45,860 nucleotides of DNA, from positions 1-45,860 of the forward strand of contig CAVKZU010000020.1 in the NCBI GenBank assembly GCA_963660725.1, given 5' to 3'. The translations under genes and the position numbers were made by a program. Of this stretch, positions 17,906 to 29,225 are shown piece after piece; position 1 is the stretch's first letter; every line of letters begins with the position of its first letter. The notes under the pieces were generated by a model. It worked only from the letters and a program-made list of their open reading frames with translations. It did no database searches and was not told where the DNA came from. This DNA is from Lachnospiraceae bacterium (GTDB taxonomy: Bacteria; Bacillota_I; Bacilli_A; RFN20; CAG-826).

Positions 17906-18739
17906 ATGTCAGTTAAAACATATAAGCCATATACTCCTTCAAGAAGACAAATGGCTGTCTTAAGTAATGAAGGATTAACAAAAAAGGCTCCTGAAAAAAG
18001 TTTAGTTGTTACTCTCAAAAAGAGTGGTGGTAGAAATAACCAAGGTGTTATTACATGCCGTCACATTGGTGGAGGAAACAAAACAAAATACAGAATTATC
18101 GATTTTAAAAGAGATAAAGATGGAGTCGTCGGAAAGGTTGCAGCAATTGAGTACGATCCAAACAGAAACGCACACATTGCATTAATTCACTATTTAGATG
18201 GTGAAAAGAGATACATTCTCCAACCTACAGGATTAAAGGTTGGCGATAAAATCGTCTCTGGTGAATCAACAGATATCTTAACTGGTAATGCTTGTTTATT
18301 AAAGAACATTCCAGAAGGTACATTTATTCACAACGTCGAATTAAAACCTGGAAAAGGTGGACAAGTTTGCCGTAGTGCTGGCTGTTCAGCTCAAATCTTA
18401 GGTAAAGAAGGAAAATACGTCATCTTAAGATTACAAAGTGGTGAAACACGTAAATTCTTAGGTGAATGTAAAGCTACAATTGGTATCGTTGGTAATGAAG
18501 ATTACAACCTTGTCAATTTAGGTAAAGCAGGAAAAACTAGAGGTATGGGTATCCGTCCTACTGTTAGAGGTAGCGCAATGAACCCTACAGATCACCCTCA
18601 CGGTGGTGGTGAAGGTAAGTGTCCTGTCGGTAGAGATGCTCCACGTACTCCTTGGGGTAAAAGAGCTCTTGGTGTTAAAACACGTAATAACAAAAAAGCT
18701 TCTTCTAAATTAATCGTCAGAAGAAGAAATGGTAAGTAG
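17906..18739 (+). CDS. rplB: 50S ribosomal protein L2
   Basis: [21 protein letters not shown]. Confidence 0.97.
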   Translation: MSVKTYKPYTPSRRQMAVLSNEGLTKKAPEKSLVVTLKKSGGRNNQGVITCRHIGGGNKTKYRIIDFKRDKDGVVGKVAAIEYDPNRNAHIALIHYLDGEKRYILQPTGLKVGDKIVSGESTDILTGNACLLKNIPEGTFIHNVELKPGKGGQVCRSAGCSAQILGKEGKYVILRLQSGETRKFLGECKATIGIVGNEDYNLVNLGKAGKTRGMGIRPTVRGSAMNPTDHPHGGGEGKCPVGRDAPRTPWGKRALGVKTRNNKKASSKLIVRRRNGK

Positions 18740-18754
18740 TAAAGGGAGGTTAAC

Positions 18755-19060
18755 ATGTCACGTAGTTTAAAGAAAGGTCCATTTATCGATGAAAGCTTAA
18801 TGGACAAAGTTAATAAGTTAAACGAATCTAATAAAAAGACTGTTATCAAAACTTGGTCAAGAAGAAGTACAATTTATCCAGATTTCGTTGGTCATACCTT
18901 TGCTGTTTATAATGGTCATGCTTTCATTACAGTTTATGTCACTGAAGATATGGTTGGTCATAAACTTGGTGAATTCGCACCAACAAGAACTTTCAAAGGT
19001 CACTTTGGAAATAACGCAGAAGATAAGGCTGCTGCAAAAGCTGCTGCAGGCGTTAAGTAG
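18755..19060 (+). CDS. rpsS: 30S ribosomal protein S19
   Basis: [37 protein letters not shown]; short Ala/Lys C-terminal tail. Confidence 0.96.
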   Translation: MSRSLKKGPFIDESLMDKVNKLNESNKKTVIKTWSRRSTIYPDFVGHTFAVYNGHAFITVYVTEDMVGHKLGEFAPTRTFKGHFGNNAEDKAAAKAAAGVK

Positions 19061-19081
19061 TTCATTAGAGGTACAATTTAT

Positions 19082-19609
19082 ATGGCAAATGTAAAAAAAG
19101 AAGTTACAGAAGCAAAAGCAACTGAAGTAAAAGAAACAAAGAAGAAAGCTCCTGCTAAAAAGGCTGCTAGTAAAACAACAGCTAAAAAAGCAAGTTCTTC
19201 AAAGAAAGTTGCAACTAAAAAAGCTTCTAGTGAAAAGAAAGTCGAAAAGAAAGAAGAAGTTAAAAACGTTAGAACTGAAGCAACAGCTAAAGTCTTAGGA
19301 TTAAAAGCAACTCCAAGAAAAGTTAGATTAGTCTTAGATTTAGTTAGAGGTAAAAAAGTTGATGAAGCATTAGCTTTATTATCAATTACTCATAAAGATG
19401 CTGCAGCTCCAGTTGCAAAATTAATTGCATCTGCAAAAGCTAACGCTGTTAATAACTTCAATATGAATGAAGACAAATTATATATCGCTTCAATTCAAGC
19501 AAGTGATTCATTCAAAATGAGAAGATATCTTCCAAGAGCTAAAGGAAGTGCTTCTGGTTTAGTAAAAAGATTCTCAAATGTTTATGTAACATTAAAAGAA
19601 TCTAAATAA
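19082..19609 (+). CDS. rplV: 50S ribosomal protein L22 with ~65-aa Lys/Ala-rich N-terminal extension
   Basis: Core ATPRKVRLVLDLVRGKKVDEALALL...MRRYLPRAKG is preceded by AKKA/KKAS-type low-complexity sequence. Confidence 0.93.
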   Translation: MANVKKEVTEAKATEVKETKKKAPAKKAASKTTAKKASSSKKVATKKASSEKKVEKKEEVKNVRTEATAKVLGLKATPRKVRLVLDLVRGKKVDEALALLSITHKDAAAPVAKLIASAKANAVNNFNMNEDKLYIASIQASDSFKMRRYLPRAKGSASGLVKRFSNVYVTLKESK

Positions 19610-19631
19610 GAGTAGGGAGGAGAATTAAACA

Positions 19632-20348
19632 ATGGGTCAAAAAGTCAATCCAGTTGGAATGAGAATTGGTCTTAATAAAAACTGGAACTCAAGATGGTTT
19701 GCTAATGATAAAGAATTTTCAACCTACTTAATTGAAGATAACAAAATTCGTAATTATTTAGAAAAAACTATTTCAAAAGATGCTTTACTTTCTCACGTTG
19801 AAATCGAAAGAAAGAAAAAAGGTAATGATAAAGATGTTATTCATCAAATTAGATTATTCATCTTCGTTGGAAGAGCTGGTGTTATCTTAGGTAAAGATGG
19901 TGCAAAATCAATCAAAGCTTTAAGAGAAAATATCGCTAAATTATTAAGTGATAAGAAAACAGACATCAGAATCGATTTAGTTGATGTTAAACAACCATCA
20001 TTAGATGCAACTATCGTTGCAAACAAAATTTGCAGACAATTAGAAGATCGTGCAAGTTTCAGAATCGTTCAAAAAAGAGCTATTCAAGATGTTAGAAAAG
20101 CTGGCGCTAAAGGTGTTAAAACTGCAGTCAGTGGTAGACTTGCTGGTGCTGATATTGCACGTACAGAAGGCTACAAAGATGGAACTATGGCAATCAACAC
20201 TTTAAAGAGTGATATTGATTATGCACATAGAGAAGCAATGACAACTTATGGTAAATTAGGCGTTAAAGTTTGGATTTGCCGCGGTGATAAAGAAATTAAA
20301 CCTCGTGCTTCACAAGTTAGTAAAGCTAACGATAATAAAGGAGAATAA
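19632..20348 (+). CDS. rpsC: 30S ribosomal protein S3
   Basis: [23 protein letters not shown]-domain region, [12 protein letters not shown]. Confidence 0.97.
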   Translation: MGQKVNPVGMRIGLNKNWNSRWFANDKEFSTYLIEDNKIRNYLEKTISKDALLSHVEIERKKKGNDKDVIHQIRLFIFVGRAGVILGKDGAKSIKALRENIAKLLSDKKTDIRIDLVDVKQPSLDATIVANKICRQLEDRASFRIVQKRAIQDVRKAGAKGVKTAVSGRLAGADIARTEGYKDGTMAINTLKSDIDYAHREAMTTYGKLGVKVWICRGDKEIKPRASQVSKANDNKGE

Positions 20349-20350
20349 CT

Positions 20351-20785
20351 ATGTTACAACCAAAGAGAGTTAAATATAGAAGACCTCATATTATTAAATA
20401 CGAAGGTTTATCAAAAGCTGGTAACGAAGTAAGTTTTGGTGAATTCGGTCTCCAAGCTGTTACTGGAAATTATGTTAGCGATCGTCAAATTGAAGCTTGC
20501 CGTGTTGTCTTATCAAGATATACAAAAAGACAAGGTCAAGTTTGGATCAGAATCTTCCCACATTTAGCAAAAACTAAAAAACCTGCTGAAGTCCGTATGG
20601 GTAGTGGTAAAGGTAATCCAGAATACTGGGTCGCAGTTGTTAAAAAGAACAGAGTTTTATTCGAAATTGGTGGAGTTCCAGAAGCTGATGCAATTCACGC
20701 ATTAGAAATGGCAGCTTACAAATTACCTATCAAAACTCGTATTGTTAGAAAATCAACTAACAATAAAAAAGAGGAGGTTAAATAA
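20351..20785 (+). CDS. rplP: 50S ribosomal protein L16
   Basis: [11 protein letters not shown]..., [17 protein letters not shown]. Confidence 0.97.
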   Translation: MLQPKRVKYRRPHIIKYEGLSKAGNEVSFGEFGLQAVTGNYVSDRQIEACRVVLSRYTKRQGQVWIRIFPHLAKTKKPAEVRMGSGKGNPEYWVAVVKKNRVLFEIGGVPEADAIHALEMAAYKLPIKTRIVRKSTNNKKEEVK

Positions 20786-20787
20786 GG

Positions 20788-20991
20788 ATGAAAATTAGCG
20801 AAGTTAGAGAACTTTCTAGCGAACAATTAAATGATAAAATTTATTCATTAAAAGAAGAATTATTTAATCTTCGTAGAAAAAAAGCTGTTGGACAACTCGA
20901 AAATTTATCAGAAATTAAAAGAGTTAGAAAAGATATTGCACGTATCTACACAGTTTTAAAAGAAAGAGAATTAGGTGTTGAGGAGAAATAA
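20788..20991 (+). CDS. rpmC: 50S ribosomal protein L29
   Basis: 67 aa; LKEELFNLRRKKAVGQLEN; conserved position. Confidence 0.93.
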   Translation: MKISEVRELSSEQLNDKIYSLKEELFNLRRKKAVGQLENLSEIKRVRKDIARIYTVLKERELGVEEK

Positions 20992-20992
20992 T

Positions 20993-21313
20993 ATGGATAA
21001 AAGAAGAAAAATTCAAGGTGTTGTTGTCTCAGATAAAGCTCCTAAAACAATCGTTGTTGAAATTACAGGTTATAGAAAACACTCTAAATATCAAAAGAGA
21101 GTTCAATATCGTGCTAAATACTATGCACATGATGAAAATGGCTTAGCTCATACAGGTGATACAGTTACTATCTCTGAATGCAGACCATTATCAGCATTAA
21201 AGAGATTTACTTTAGTCTCAGTTGATAAAAAAGCTGTTGAATCAGTCAAAGTATTAGAAGAAAAAGAGGTTGAAAAAGCCTTACACGAAAATGAAGAAGC
21301 TAAAGGAGAATAG
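20993..21313 (+). CDS. rpsQ: 30S ribosomal protein S17 (with acidic C-terminal extension)
   Basis: ATG at 20993 preceded by [26 protein letters not shown]...[25 protein letters not shown]. The tracked ORF starts 18 nt further upstream, inside rpmC. Confidence 0.93.
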   Translation: MDKRRKIQGVVVSDKAPKTIVVEITGYRKHSKYQKRVQYRAKYYAHDENGLAHTGDTVTISECRPLSALKRFTLVSVDKKAVESVKVLEEKEVEKALHENEEAKGE

Positions 21314-21315
21314 TT

Positions 21316-21690
21316 ATGGTACAAACAGAAACAAATTTAAAAGTTGCTGATAACTCCGGCGCAAAGATCGTTCGTGTATTCAGAATTTATGGTGGAAGCC
21401 ATAGAAAATCAGCTGGTGTTGGTGATGTCGTTTTATGCGCTGTTAAAGATGCGTTACCAAACGGTAAAGTTAAAAAGAGTGATGTAGTCAAAGCAGTCAT
21501 CGTTAGACAAAGCTATCCAATCGAAAGAAAAGATGGTTCAGTCATTAAATTTGATGACAACGCATGTGTTATTATCAATGAAGATAAGACACCTGTTGGA
21601 ACTCGTGTATTTGGTCCAGTTGCTCGTGAACTTCGTGATAGAGATGAAGCTTATATGAAAATCGTCTCTTTAGCTACAGAAGTCTTATAA
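21316..21690 (+). CDS. rplN: 50S ribosomal protein L14
   Basis: [10 protein letters not shown]...GPVARELR. Confidence 0.97.
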   Translation: MVQTETNLKVADNSGAKIVRVFRIYGGSHRKSAGVGDVVLCAVKDALPNGKVKKSDVVKAVIVRQSYPIERKDGSVIKFDDNACVIINEDKTPVGTRVFGPVARELRDRDEAYMKIVSLATEVL

Positions 21691-21700
21691 GGAGATAGAT

Positions 21701-22012
21701 ATGAAACTCAAAAAAGGTGATAAAGTTATCGTTATCTCAGGTAAAGATAAAGGAAAAACTGGAGTTATCCAAAGAGCTTATCCTTCTATTAATAAGGTTG
21801 TTGTTGAAGGTGTTAACGTTAAGAAAAAACATGTTAAACCATCACAATCAAACCCAGAAGGAAGCATTGTTGAAATTTATGCTCCACTCGATGCTAGCAA
21901 AGTCATGTTCTATGATGAAAAAGCTAAAGCTGGTACAAGACTTGGCTATTCAGTAAATAAAGATGGCGAAAAAGTCAGAATTGCTAAAAAAAGCGGCAAG
22001 GAAGTTGAATAA
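21701..22012 (+). CDS. rplX: 50S ribosomal protein L24
   Basis: [20 protein letters not shown] (KOW motif). Confidence 0.95.
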   Translation: MKLKKGDKVIVISGKDKGKTGVIQRAYPSINKVVVEGVNVKKKHVKPSQSNPEGSIVEIYAPLDASKVMFYDEKAKAGTRLGYSVNKDGEKVRIAKKSGKEVE

Positions 22013-22024
22013 TAGGAGGTAATT

Positions 22025-22630
22025 ATGGCAGAAAATAAAACAAATAAGAGTGCTACTAATGAAGCTCCTGTTGCTTCAAGCGCTCCTTACAAAACAAGAT
22101 TAGAAGTTAAGTATAAAAACGAAATCGTTCCAAACTTAATGAAGAAATTCGAATACAAGAATGTTATGCAAGTCCCACACTTAGATAAGATTGTTATCAA
22201 TATCGGTGTTGGTGATGCTACAAGCGATAAAAAGAGAATTGATGAAGCTGTTGAAGAATTAGGTTTAATTTCTGGTCAAAAACCAGTTGTTACTAAAGCT
22301 AAAAAATCAATCGCTACATTCAAATTAAGAGAAGGTGAACCTATTGGTTGTAAAGTTACTTTAAGAGGAACAAGAATGTATGAATTCTTAGACAAACTTG
22401 TTTCAATCTCTCTCCCTAGAGTTAGAGACTTCAGAGGTGTTAATAAAAATTCCTTTGATGGTAGAGGTAATTACACATTAGGTGTTAAAGAACAACTTAT
22501 TTTCCCTGAAATCGATTATGATAAAGTTGGAAAAGTTAGAGGTATGGACATTATTATCGTAACAACTGCAAATAGTGATGAAGAAGCTTATGCATTGTTA
22601 AAAGAATTAGGCATGCCTTTCAATAGATAG
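22025..22630 (+). CDS. rplE: 50S ribosomal protein L5 (with ~20-aa N-terminal extension)
   Basis: [45 protein letters not shown]. Confidence 0.96.
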   Translation: MAENKTNKSATNEAPVASSAPYKTRLEVKYKNEIVPNLMKKFEYKNVMQVPHLDKIVINIGVGDATSDKKRIDEAVEELGLISGQKPVVTKAKKSIATFKLREGEPIGCKVTLRGTRMYEFLDKLVSISLPRVRDFRGVNKNSFDGRGNYTLGVKEQLIFPEIDYDKVGKVRGMDIIIVTTANSDEEAYALLKELGMPFNR

Positions 22631-22642
22631 GAGATAGTAGTT

Positions 22643-22828
22643 ATGGCAAAAACAAGTTTAAAAGTCAAACAAGCTAGACCTCAAAAGTTCAAAGTTAGAG
22701 AATACACACGTTGTAAAAGATGTGGTAGACCTCACTCAGTCTATTCAAAATTTGGCCTTTGCAGAATCTGCTTAAGAGAACTCGCTTATAAAGGCGAAAT
22801 CCCAGGCATGAAAAAGGCTTCATGGTAA
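22643..22828 (+). CDS. rpsZ: 30S ribosomal protein S14 type Z (zinc-binding)
   Basis: 61 aa; CKRCGRPH...[22 protein letters not shown]. Confidence 0.96.
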   Translation: MAKTSLKVKQARPQKFKVREYTRCKRCGRPHSVYSKFGLCRICLRELAYKGEIPGMKKASW

Positions 22829-22847
22829 TTTATAGGAGGTAAATAAA

Positions 22848-23246
22848 ATGCATCAAGATCCAATCGCAGATATGCTCACAAGAATTAGAAATGCTAACGC
22901 TTTACATCATGAAAGTGTTTCAATGCCTTCTAGTAAATTAAAAGTTGGTATTTGTAAAATTCTTTTAGAAGAAGGTTTCATCACTTCTTACGAAGAAAAG
23001 AAAATCGATGAAGTTAAAAAGGAATTAGTTATCGTTCTTAAATATGGTCCAAATGGCGAAAAAGTCATCCAAGGTTTAAGAAAGATTTCTAAACCAGGTC
23101 TTCGTGTTACATGTGATAGCGACCACATTCCTTACGTTTTAAAAGGTATTGGTATTGCTATTTTATCAACAAGCAAAGGACTCTTAACTGACAAACAAGC
23201 TAGAAAAGCTAATGTCGGTGGTGAAGTTATTTGCTACGTCTATTAA
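22848..23246 (+). CDS. rpsH: 30S ribosomal protein S8
   Basis: [13 protein letters not shown]..., GGEVICYVY end. Confidence 0.97.
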   Translation: MHQDPIADMLTRIRNANALHHESVSMPSSKLKVGICKILLEEGFITSYEEKKIDEVKKELVIVLKYGPNGEKVIQGLRKISKPGLRVTCDSDHIPYVLKGIGIAILSTSKGLLTDKQARKANVGGEVICYVY

Positions 23247-23264
23247 TAAGGAGAGAATCAATTT

Positions 23265-23825
23265 ATGTCACGTATTGGTAATAAATTAATCCCAGTTGTT
23301 AATGGTTGTGAAGTAACAGTTGAAGATGGTGTTGTCTTAATTAAAGGCAAAAACGGCGAAGATAAAGTTTCTTTCAATAAAGAATTAATCGGCGTCGAAG
23401 TTAAAGATGGTAATGTTCATGTTACAAGAAATAATGAACAAAAACATACAAAACAATTACATGGTACAACAAGAGCTTTAATTCAAAATGCAATCATTGG
23501 TTGTACTGAAGGTTATAAAAAAGTCTTAGAAATCATTGGTATTGGTTACCATGCAGAAATGAAAGGTAAAGATGTTGTTTTATCACTTGGATATTCACAT
23601 CCTATCACAGTTTCTCCATTAGATGGTGTCACTATTAAAGTTATCGAAACTAAAAATAAGGATATCAATGGTATCATTGAAGTTTCAGGACAAGATAAAT
23701 TTAAAGTTGGTCAAACAGCAGCTTTAATTAGAGAACAAAGAAGACCAGAACCTTATAAAGGTAAAGGTGTTAAGTATCAAGGTGAGCACATTCTTCGTAA
23801 AGAAGGTAAACGTGCTGGTAAGTAG
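23265..23825 (+). CDS. rplF: 50S ribosomal protein L6
   Basis: MSRIGNKLIPV..., PEPYKGKGVKYQGE. Confidence 0.96.
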   Translation: MSRIGNKLIPVVNGCEVTVEDGVVLIKGKNGEDKVSFNKELIGVEVKDGNVHVTRNNEQKHTKQLHGTTRALIQNAIIGCTEGYKKVLEIIGIGYHAEMKGKDVVLSLGYSHPITVSPLDGVTIKVIETKNKDINGIIEVSGQDKFKVGQTAALIREQRRPEPYKGKGVKYQGEHILRKEGKRAGK

Positions 23826-23838
23826 TTAGGAGGGAATT

Positions 23839-24195
23839 ATGATTAAATCTATTGATAAAAATGAAGTTAGATTAAGAAAACATTTAAGAGTCAGAGAAAA
23901 GATCAGTGGAACTCCTGAATGCCCACGTTTATGTGTATTCAGAAGTAACAAGAACATTGAAGTTCAAGTTATCGATGATACAAAAGGTGTTACACTTTGT
24001 TCTTCAAGCAGTGAACAATTAAAACTCGAAAGAGGTAATAATGTTGCTGCAGCTACAGAAGTAGGAAACGATATTGCTAAAAAATGTTTAGCAAAAGGTA
24101 TCGAAAAAGTCGTCTTTGATAGAGGCGGTTACATTTATCACGGACGTGTCCAAGCAGTTGCTGAAGGCGCACGTGAAGGTGGACTCAAATTCTAA
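23839..24195 (+). CDS. rplR: 50S ribosomal protein L18
   Basis: [26 protein letters not shown]...[26 protein letters not shown]. Confidence 0.96.
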   Translation: MIKSIDKNEVRLRKHLRVREKISGTPECPRLCVFRSNKNIEVQVIDDTKGVTLCSSSSEQLKLERGNNVAAATEVGNDIAKKCLAKGIEKVVFDRGGYIYHGRVQAVAEGAREGGLKF

Positions 24196-24205
24196 GGAGC
24201 AATTT

Positions 24206-24832
24206 ATGGCAGAAGAAATGAAAAATGTTGAAGTAAAAGAACAAGCTAATGCACCAGTTGATGCAAAAGCTGGTAAAAAAGCTCCTTCAAAAGATGGACG
24301 TAATTTCAAAGGTGGTAAAAAAACTGATCGCCGTGTAAAGAAAGATAACGCTCCAAAAGAATTTGAAGAAAGAGTTGTCAGTATCAACCGTGTTACTAAA
24401 GTTGTTAAAGGCGGTAAGAGAATGAAATTTGCTGCTTTAGTTGTTATCGGAAACGGTAAAGGTAAATATGGCTTTGGTACAGGTAAATCAAGTGAAGTCC
24501 CAGATGCAATTAAAAAGGCTGTTGATAAAGCAAAAAGAAATTTATTTACAGTTGATTTAGTTAAAAATGGTACAATTACACACGAAGTTACTGGTAAATT
24601 TGGTGCTACTACAGTATTCTTAAAACCTGCAAATGAAGGTACTGGAATTATTGCTGGTGGTGCTGTTAGATCTATTTTAGAACTCGCAGGTGTCAAAAAC
24701 GTCTGTAGTAAAGTTTATGGAAGTAGAACTAAAATTAATGTTATTAGAGCTACAAATAATGCTTTAAGTTCAACAAAGAACTATAAGAGTGTTATGTCCT
24801 TAAGAAAAGGAGATAGTGAAGATGTTAAATAA
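24206..24832 (+). CDS. rpsE: 30S ribosomal protein S5 (with ~45-aa charged N-terminal extension)
   Basis: ATG at 24206 after [46 protein letters not shown]. The longer tracked ORF overlaps rplR. Confidence 0.94.
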   Translation: MAEEMKNVEVKEQANAPVDAKAGKKAPSKDGRNFKGGKKTDRRVKKDNAPKEFEERVVSINRVTKVVKGGKRMKFAALVVIGNGKGKYGFGTGKSSEVPDAIKKAVDKAKRNLFTVDLVKNGTITHEVTGKFGATTVFLKPANEGTGIIAGGAVRSILELAGVKNVCSKVYGSRTKINVIRATNNALSSTKNYKSVMSLRKGDSEDVK

Positions 24833-25262
24833 CTTAAAACCTACTCCAGGAAGTAGAAAAGATAAAGTCAGAAGATGCAGAGGCTTAGGTTCTGGCTTAG
24901 GAAAAAATGGTGGTAGCGGAAATAAAGGTCAAAACTCCAGAAGTGGAGGTGGCGTTAGACTTGGATTCGAAGGTGGACAAAACCCATTATTCAGACGTTT
25001 ACCAAAAAGAGGTTTCCATAACGGAAGTCATGTAACTTATGCTATTGTTAATGTTGAAGAATTAAATCAATTCAAAGCTGATAGTGTTATTGATTTAGCA
25101 ACATTACATGAAGCTGGATTAGTTAAAAAAGATTATGACGGTTTAAAGATTTTAGGAAATGGAGAATTAAAAGTTAAATTAACTGTTAAAGCTAATAAAT
25201 TCTCTCAATCCGCTTTAGCTAGTATCGAAAAAGTCGGTGGAAAGGCTGAAGTAATCGAATAG
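24822..25262 (+). CDS. rplO: 50S ribosomal protein L15
   Basis: ATG at 24822 after [38 protein letters not shown]. Overlaps the rpsE stop, so there is no rpmD between S5 and L15. Confidence 0.94.
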   Translation: MLNNLKPTPGSRKDKVRRCRGLGSGLGKNGGSGNKGQNSRSGGGVRLGFEGGQNPLFRRLPKRGFHNGSHVTYAIVNVEELNQFKADSVIDLATLHEAGLVKKDYDGLKILGNGELKVKLTVKANKFSQSALASIEKVGGKAEVIE

Positions 25263-25287
25263 TCATAACTACAAAGAGAAATAAAAG

Positions 25288-26631
25288 ATGAAGAAATTCA
25301 TTGATATTTTCAAAAACAAAGAGGTCGTTAATCGTATTTTCTTTACGATAATGATCCTTTTTGTATTTAGAATAGGCAGCGCAATTACAGTTCCAGGAGT
25401 TGATGCTTCAACTCTTACTGACCAGATTTCCCAATCAAGCAACATGCTTAGCTTAATGAATTTATTAGGCGGTGGTGCTTTAAGTAATTTCTCAGTATTT
25501 GCTTTAGGTGTTTCACCTTACATTACTGCTCAAATTATTATTCAAATGTTATCTATGGATGTTTTACCTGCCTTAACCGAATTAAATCGTCAAGGTCAAT
25601 ATGGGCGTAAAAAAGCTGAAATGGCTACTAGATACCTTTCATTAATGATTAGTGCAGTTCAAGCATATGGTATTATTCAAACTGCTAAAAATACCGATTG
25701 GATTAGCTTCACAATGGAAGATAGCTTCCTTACATACGCTTATATTATTTCAATTATGATTGGTGGATCAATGCTTGTTTTATGGCTTGGTGACCAAATC
25801 ACATCTAAAGGTATTGGAAATGGTATTTCTGTAATTATCTTTGCAGGTATCGTTGCTCAACTTCCAAACCAAATTTCAACAGCTTTCCAAAAGTGGGTTG
25901 TTGCAAACTGGAACTTAGGAAGTAGCGAAACAACAAAAGGTGTTTTCCAATTTATCCTTTATATCTTAGCATTTATCTTAATCATTTCATTTGTTGTCTT
26001 TATTGAATTATCTAGAAGAAAAATTCCTGTTCAACAAGCAACAAGAAGTGGTGGAAATGAAAAACTTGCAAAAGCAAGCTTCCTTCCTATTAAGATAAAT
26101 AGTGCTGGAGTTATTCCAGTCATCTTCGCAAGTTCAATACTTATGACTCCATCCATTATTGCTTCATTTATTTCAAGTGATGCAATTAATGCAGAATGGC
26201 TTAAAGTCTTCCAATATAACCAAATGGTTAACACTGGAGGCGTTATGATTCCATGGGGATTAATCATTTATATTGTTCTTGTATTTGCATTTACATTCTT
26301 CTATGCAAACTTACAAATTAATCCAGAGAATTTAGCTGAAAATTTCCAAAAGAATGGTAGCTATATTCCAGGAGTTAGACCAGGTATTGAAACTGAAAAA
26401 TATGTAAGAAAAGTTTTAAATAGAGTTACCTTAATTGGTGCTTTAGCACTTTGCTTCATTGCAGCATTACCTGTTGTCTTAACTTTAACAGGTGTATTTG
26501 GAAGTGATACTTCTTTATCACTTGGTGGAACTGGTTTAATTATTGTTGTTGGTGTTGCACTTGAACTTAATGCTCAAATTAGTGGTCTTGTTGCTGGTAA
26601 GAGCTATGATGAAGTTATTGGAGGATTATAG
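25288..26631 (+). CDS. secY: preprotein translocase subunit SecY
   Basis: 447 aa, 10 TM; FALGVSPYITAQIIIQ, GTGLIIVVGVALE. Confidence 0.96.
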   Translation: MKKFIDIFKNKEVVNRIFFTIMILFVFRIGSAITVPGVDASTLTDQISQSSNMLSLMNLLGGGALSNFSVFALGVSPYITAQIIIQMLSMDVLPALTELNRQGQYGRKKAEMATRYLSLMISAVQAYGIIQTAKNTDWISFTMEDSFLTYAYIISIMIGGSMLVLWLGDQITSKGIGNGISVIIFAGIVAQLPNQISTAFQKWVVANWNLGSSETTKGVFQFILYILAFILIISFVVFIELSRRKIPVQQATRSGGNEKLAKASFLPIKINSAGVIPVIFASSILMTPSIIASFISSDAINAEWLKVFQYNQMVNTGGVMIPWGLIIYIVLVFAFTFFYANLQINPENLAENFQKNGSYIPGVRPGIETEKYVRKVLNRVTLIGALALCFIAALPVVLTLTGVFGSDTSLSLGGTGLIIVVGVALELNAQISGLVAGKSYDEVIGGL

Positions 26632-26634
26632 TAA

Positions 26635-27282
26635 ATGAAAAATATTATATTTTTAGGCGCTCCAGGTGCTGGCAAAGGCACAAACGCAAAAAAAGTTGCT
26701 AGTGAATTTAAAATTCCACATATCTCTACTGGAGATATGTTTAGAGAAGCTATTAAGAATGAAACTCCTGTAGGACTTGAAGCAAAATCATATATGGATA
26801 AAGGCTTACTTGTTCCAGATGAAGTTACAATTTCTTTAGTTAAAGAACGTTTAAGTAAAGATGATTGTGCTAAAGGTTTTCTTCTTGATGGATTCCCACG
26901 TACTTTAGTTCAAGCTGAAGCACTTAAGAAAATTGGAGAGGAAATTTCTCGTCCAATTAATTTAGTTATCAATCTCGTCGTCCCAGAAAGCGTCTTAAAA
27001 GATAGAATCTGTGGAAGAAGAGTTTGTAAGAGTTGTGGTGCTCCATATCACGTTACAAATTTAAGACCAAAAGTTGAAGGAGTTTGTGACTTATGTGGAG
27101 GAGAGTTAATTCAAAGAAAAGACGACAATGAAGAAGCTCTTAAAACTCGTTTAAGTGAATATCACAAACAAACAGAACCACTTATTAATTTCTATACTAA
27201 CGAAAATGTTTTACATGATGTCGATGGAGTTAAAGCTCTTGACGAAATCTTTAGTGACATTGAAAAATTAGTTAAGGAGTAA
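26635..27282 (+). CDS. adk: adenylate kinase (zinc-lid type)
   Basis: GAPGAGKGT P-loop; lid with CGRRVCKSCG...CDLCGG. Confidence 0.96.
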   Translation: MKNIIFLGAPGAGKGTNAKKVASEFKIPHISTGDMFREAIKNETPVGLEAKSYMDKGLLVPDEVTISLVKERLSKDDCAKGFLLDGFPRTLVQAEALKKIGEEISRPINLVINLVVPESVLKDRICGRRVCKSCGAPYHVTNLRPKVEGVCDLCGGELIQRKDDNEEALKTRLSEYHKQTEPLINFYTNENVLHDVDGVKALDEIFSDIEKLVKE

Positions 27283-27287
27283 TAATT

Positions 27288-28052
27288 ATGGCAGTAATTA
27301 TTAAATCTAAAAGAGAAATTGATTTAATGAAAAAAAGCGGTGAGGTCATGATTGGCTTACATAAAGTTCTTCATGAAGCAACTCGCCCAGGAATATCTAC
27401 TGCTGAACTTGATAAAATAGCTGGAAGGTATTGCAAAGAACACGGCGCAATACCTTCATCAAAAGGCTATGAAGGATATCCTGGAAACATTTGTATCAGT
27501 GTTAATGATACTTTAGTTCATGGCATCCCTTCTAAAAAAATCGTCTTAAAAGAAGGAGATATAGTCACTTATGATTGTCTTGTTACATTAAATGGCTATA
27601 CAACAGATGCTGCTAGAACTTGGCCAGTTGGCAACGTAACAGATGAAGCAAAGAAATTGATTGAAACTACCGAAAAATGTTTCTTTGAAGCTGTTAAACT
27701 TGTTAAACCTGGTGTCCATCTTGGAGATATTTCTCATACTATTCAAGAAGTAGCAGAAAAAGAAGGTTATTCTTTAACTGATATGTTTACAGGACATGGA
27801 GTTGGTAGAGAAGTTCATGAAGATCCATACATTCCTAATCAAGGAAAAGCTGGAGTTGGACTTGTTTTACAAGAAGGAATGACACTTGCTATTGAACCTA
27901 TGGTTAATCTCGGCACAAAATATATCGAAATTATGGAAGATGGTTGGACAGCAAAGACAAAAGATGGTAAAATTTGTAGTCACTACGAAAATACGGTTGT
28001 AGTAACTAAAGATGGCTATGAAATCATCACTTTAGAAAAAGGAGAAGAATAA
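27288..28052 (+). CDS. map: methionine aminopeptidase type I
   Basis: VHGIPS, DAARTW, GHGVGREVHEDP, LAIEPM, HYENTV metal-ligand pattern. Confidence 0.95.
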   Translation: MAVIIKSKREIDLMKKSGEVMIGLHKVLHEATRPGISTAELDKIAGRYCKEHGAIPSSKGYEGYPGNICISVNDTLVHGIPSKKIVLKEGDIVTYDCLVTLNGYTTDAARTWPVGNVTDEAKKLIETTEKCFFEAVKLVKPGVHLGDISHTIQEVAEKEGYSLTDMFTGHGVGREVHEDPYIPNQGKAGVGLVLQEGMTLAIEPMVNLGTKYIEIMEDGWTAKTKDGKICSHYENTVVVTKDGYEIITLEKGEE

Positions 28053-28271
28053 ATGGCAAAACAAGATGTTATAACCGTCGAGGCGGTTGTAGTTGAAGCA
28101 TTACCTAATTGTAATTTTAAGGTAAAGCTAGAAAATGATTGCGTAATACATGCCACTGTTTCTGGTAAAATCCGTATGCATTACATTCGCATTTTACCGG
28201 GTGATAAAGTAATCATTGAATTATCGCCTTATGATTTAAACAATGGCAGAATTGTATTTAGACAAAAGTAG
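28053..28271 (+). CDS. infA: translation initiation factor IF-1
   Basis: 72 aa; [40 protein letters not shown]. Confidence 0.96.
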   Translation: MAKQDVITVEAVVVEALPNCNFKVKLENDCVIHATVSGKIRMHYIRILPGDKVIIELSPYDLNNGRIVFRQK

Positions 28272-28293
28272 TCTAAACTTAGGAGGAAAAATT

Positions 28294-28407
28294 ATGAAAG
28301 TAAGACCCTCAGTAAAACCTATTTGTGATAAGTGTAAAGTTATCAAAAGACATGGCAAAGTCATGGTCATTTGCTCTAACCCAAAACACAAACAAAGACA
28401 AGGTTAA
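28294..28407 (+). CDS. rpmJ: 50S ribosomal protein L36 (zinc form)
   Basis: Not in the ORF track because it is too short. ATG at 28294 after [46 protein letters not shown] at 28405-28407. Confidence 0.93.
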   Translation: MKVRPSVKPICDKCKVIKRHGKVMVICSNPKHKQRQG

Positions 28408-28427
28408 TTTTTGGAGGAAATTTAAAA

Positions 28428-28802
28428 ATGGCACGTATTGTCGGTGTTGATATTCCAAATGATAAGAATGTAGTTATCTCATTAACTTATATTTATGGAA
28501 TTGGTCTTTCTACATCAAAGAAGATCTTAGAAAAATGTGGAATCAACCCTCAAACTAGAGTTAAAGATTTAAGCGAAGATGAATTAACAAAAATCAGAGC
28601 TGAAGTCTCTCACTACAAAGTTGAAGGTGATTTAAGAAGAGAAGTTTTATTAAACATTAAACGTCTTCAAGAAATCGGTTGCTACAGAGGCATCCGTCAT
28701 AGAAGAGGTCTTCCAGTAAGAGGACAAAGAACAAAAACTAACGCTCGTACTCGTAAAGGTCCAGCAAAAACCATTGCGAATAAAAAAGAAGCTGTTAAGT
28801 AG
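28428..28802 (+). CDS. rpsM: 30S ribosomal protein S13
   Basis: [13 protein letters not shown]..., [25 protein letters not shown]. Confidence 0.97.
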   Translation: MARIVGVDIPNDKNVVISLTYIYGIGLSTSKKILEKCGINPQTRVKDLSEDELTKIRAEVSHYKVEGDLRREVLLNIKRLQEIGCYRGIRHRRGLPVRGQRTKTNARTRKGPAKTIANKKEAVK

Positions 28803-28818
28803 TTAAGGAGGTAGAAAA

Positions 28819-29208
28819 ATGGCAAAAAAAGTAGCTACCCGTAAAAAGAAGGTAAAAAGAACTTATACTAAAGGTGTTGCACATATTCACTCAACTTTTA
28901 ACAACACAATTGTTACAATTACAGATGAACAAGGAAATGCAATCGCTTGGAGTTCAAGTGGAGTTTTAGGATTTAAAGGCGCAAAGAAGAGTACTCCTTT
29001 CGCTGCTCAAAGTGCTGCTGAAGCTGCAGGAAAAGCTGCAGTTGATCAAGGCATTAAGAGTGTTGATGTTGATGTCAAAGGTCCAGGTGCTGGTAGAGAA
29101 AGCGCAATTAGAGCTTTATCACAAGCAGGATTACAAATTACATCTATTATCGATACTACACCTATTCCACATAATGGATGCCGTCCACCAAAAAGAAGAC
29201 GTGGATAA
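28819..29208 (+). CDS. rpsK: 30S ribosomal protein S11
   Basis: [18 protein letters not shown]..., [15 protein letters not shown]. Confidence 0.97.
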   Translation: MAKKVATRKKKVKRTYTKGVAHIHSTFNNTIVTITDEQGNAIAWSSSGVLGFKGAKKSTPFAAQSAAEAAGKAAVDQGIKSVDVDVKGPGAGRESAIRALSQAGLQITSIIDTTPIPHNGCRPPKRRRG

Positions 29209-29225
29209 TTAAAGGAGGGGAATTT

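Noticed and set aside
24088-24696. 202-aa minus-strand ORF, with other tracked antisense or alternate-frame ORFs (4986..5261, 8807..9091, 11913..12146, 16041..16241, 16355..16540, 16474..16719, 17233..17448, 18598..18849, 18888..19094, 19844..20026, 21717..21956, 26031..26267, 29012..29212, 33757..33978, 34851..35051, 36041..36433, 39391..39693, 40357..40557)
   Set aside because: All lie inside well-supported genes (r-proteins, tgt, secY, rnj and others) on the other strand or in another frame. They have no SD and show the skewed low-complexity composition typical of shadow ORFs.
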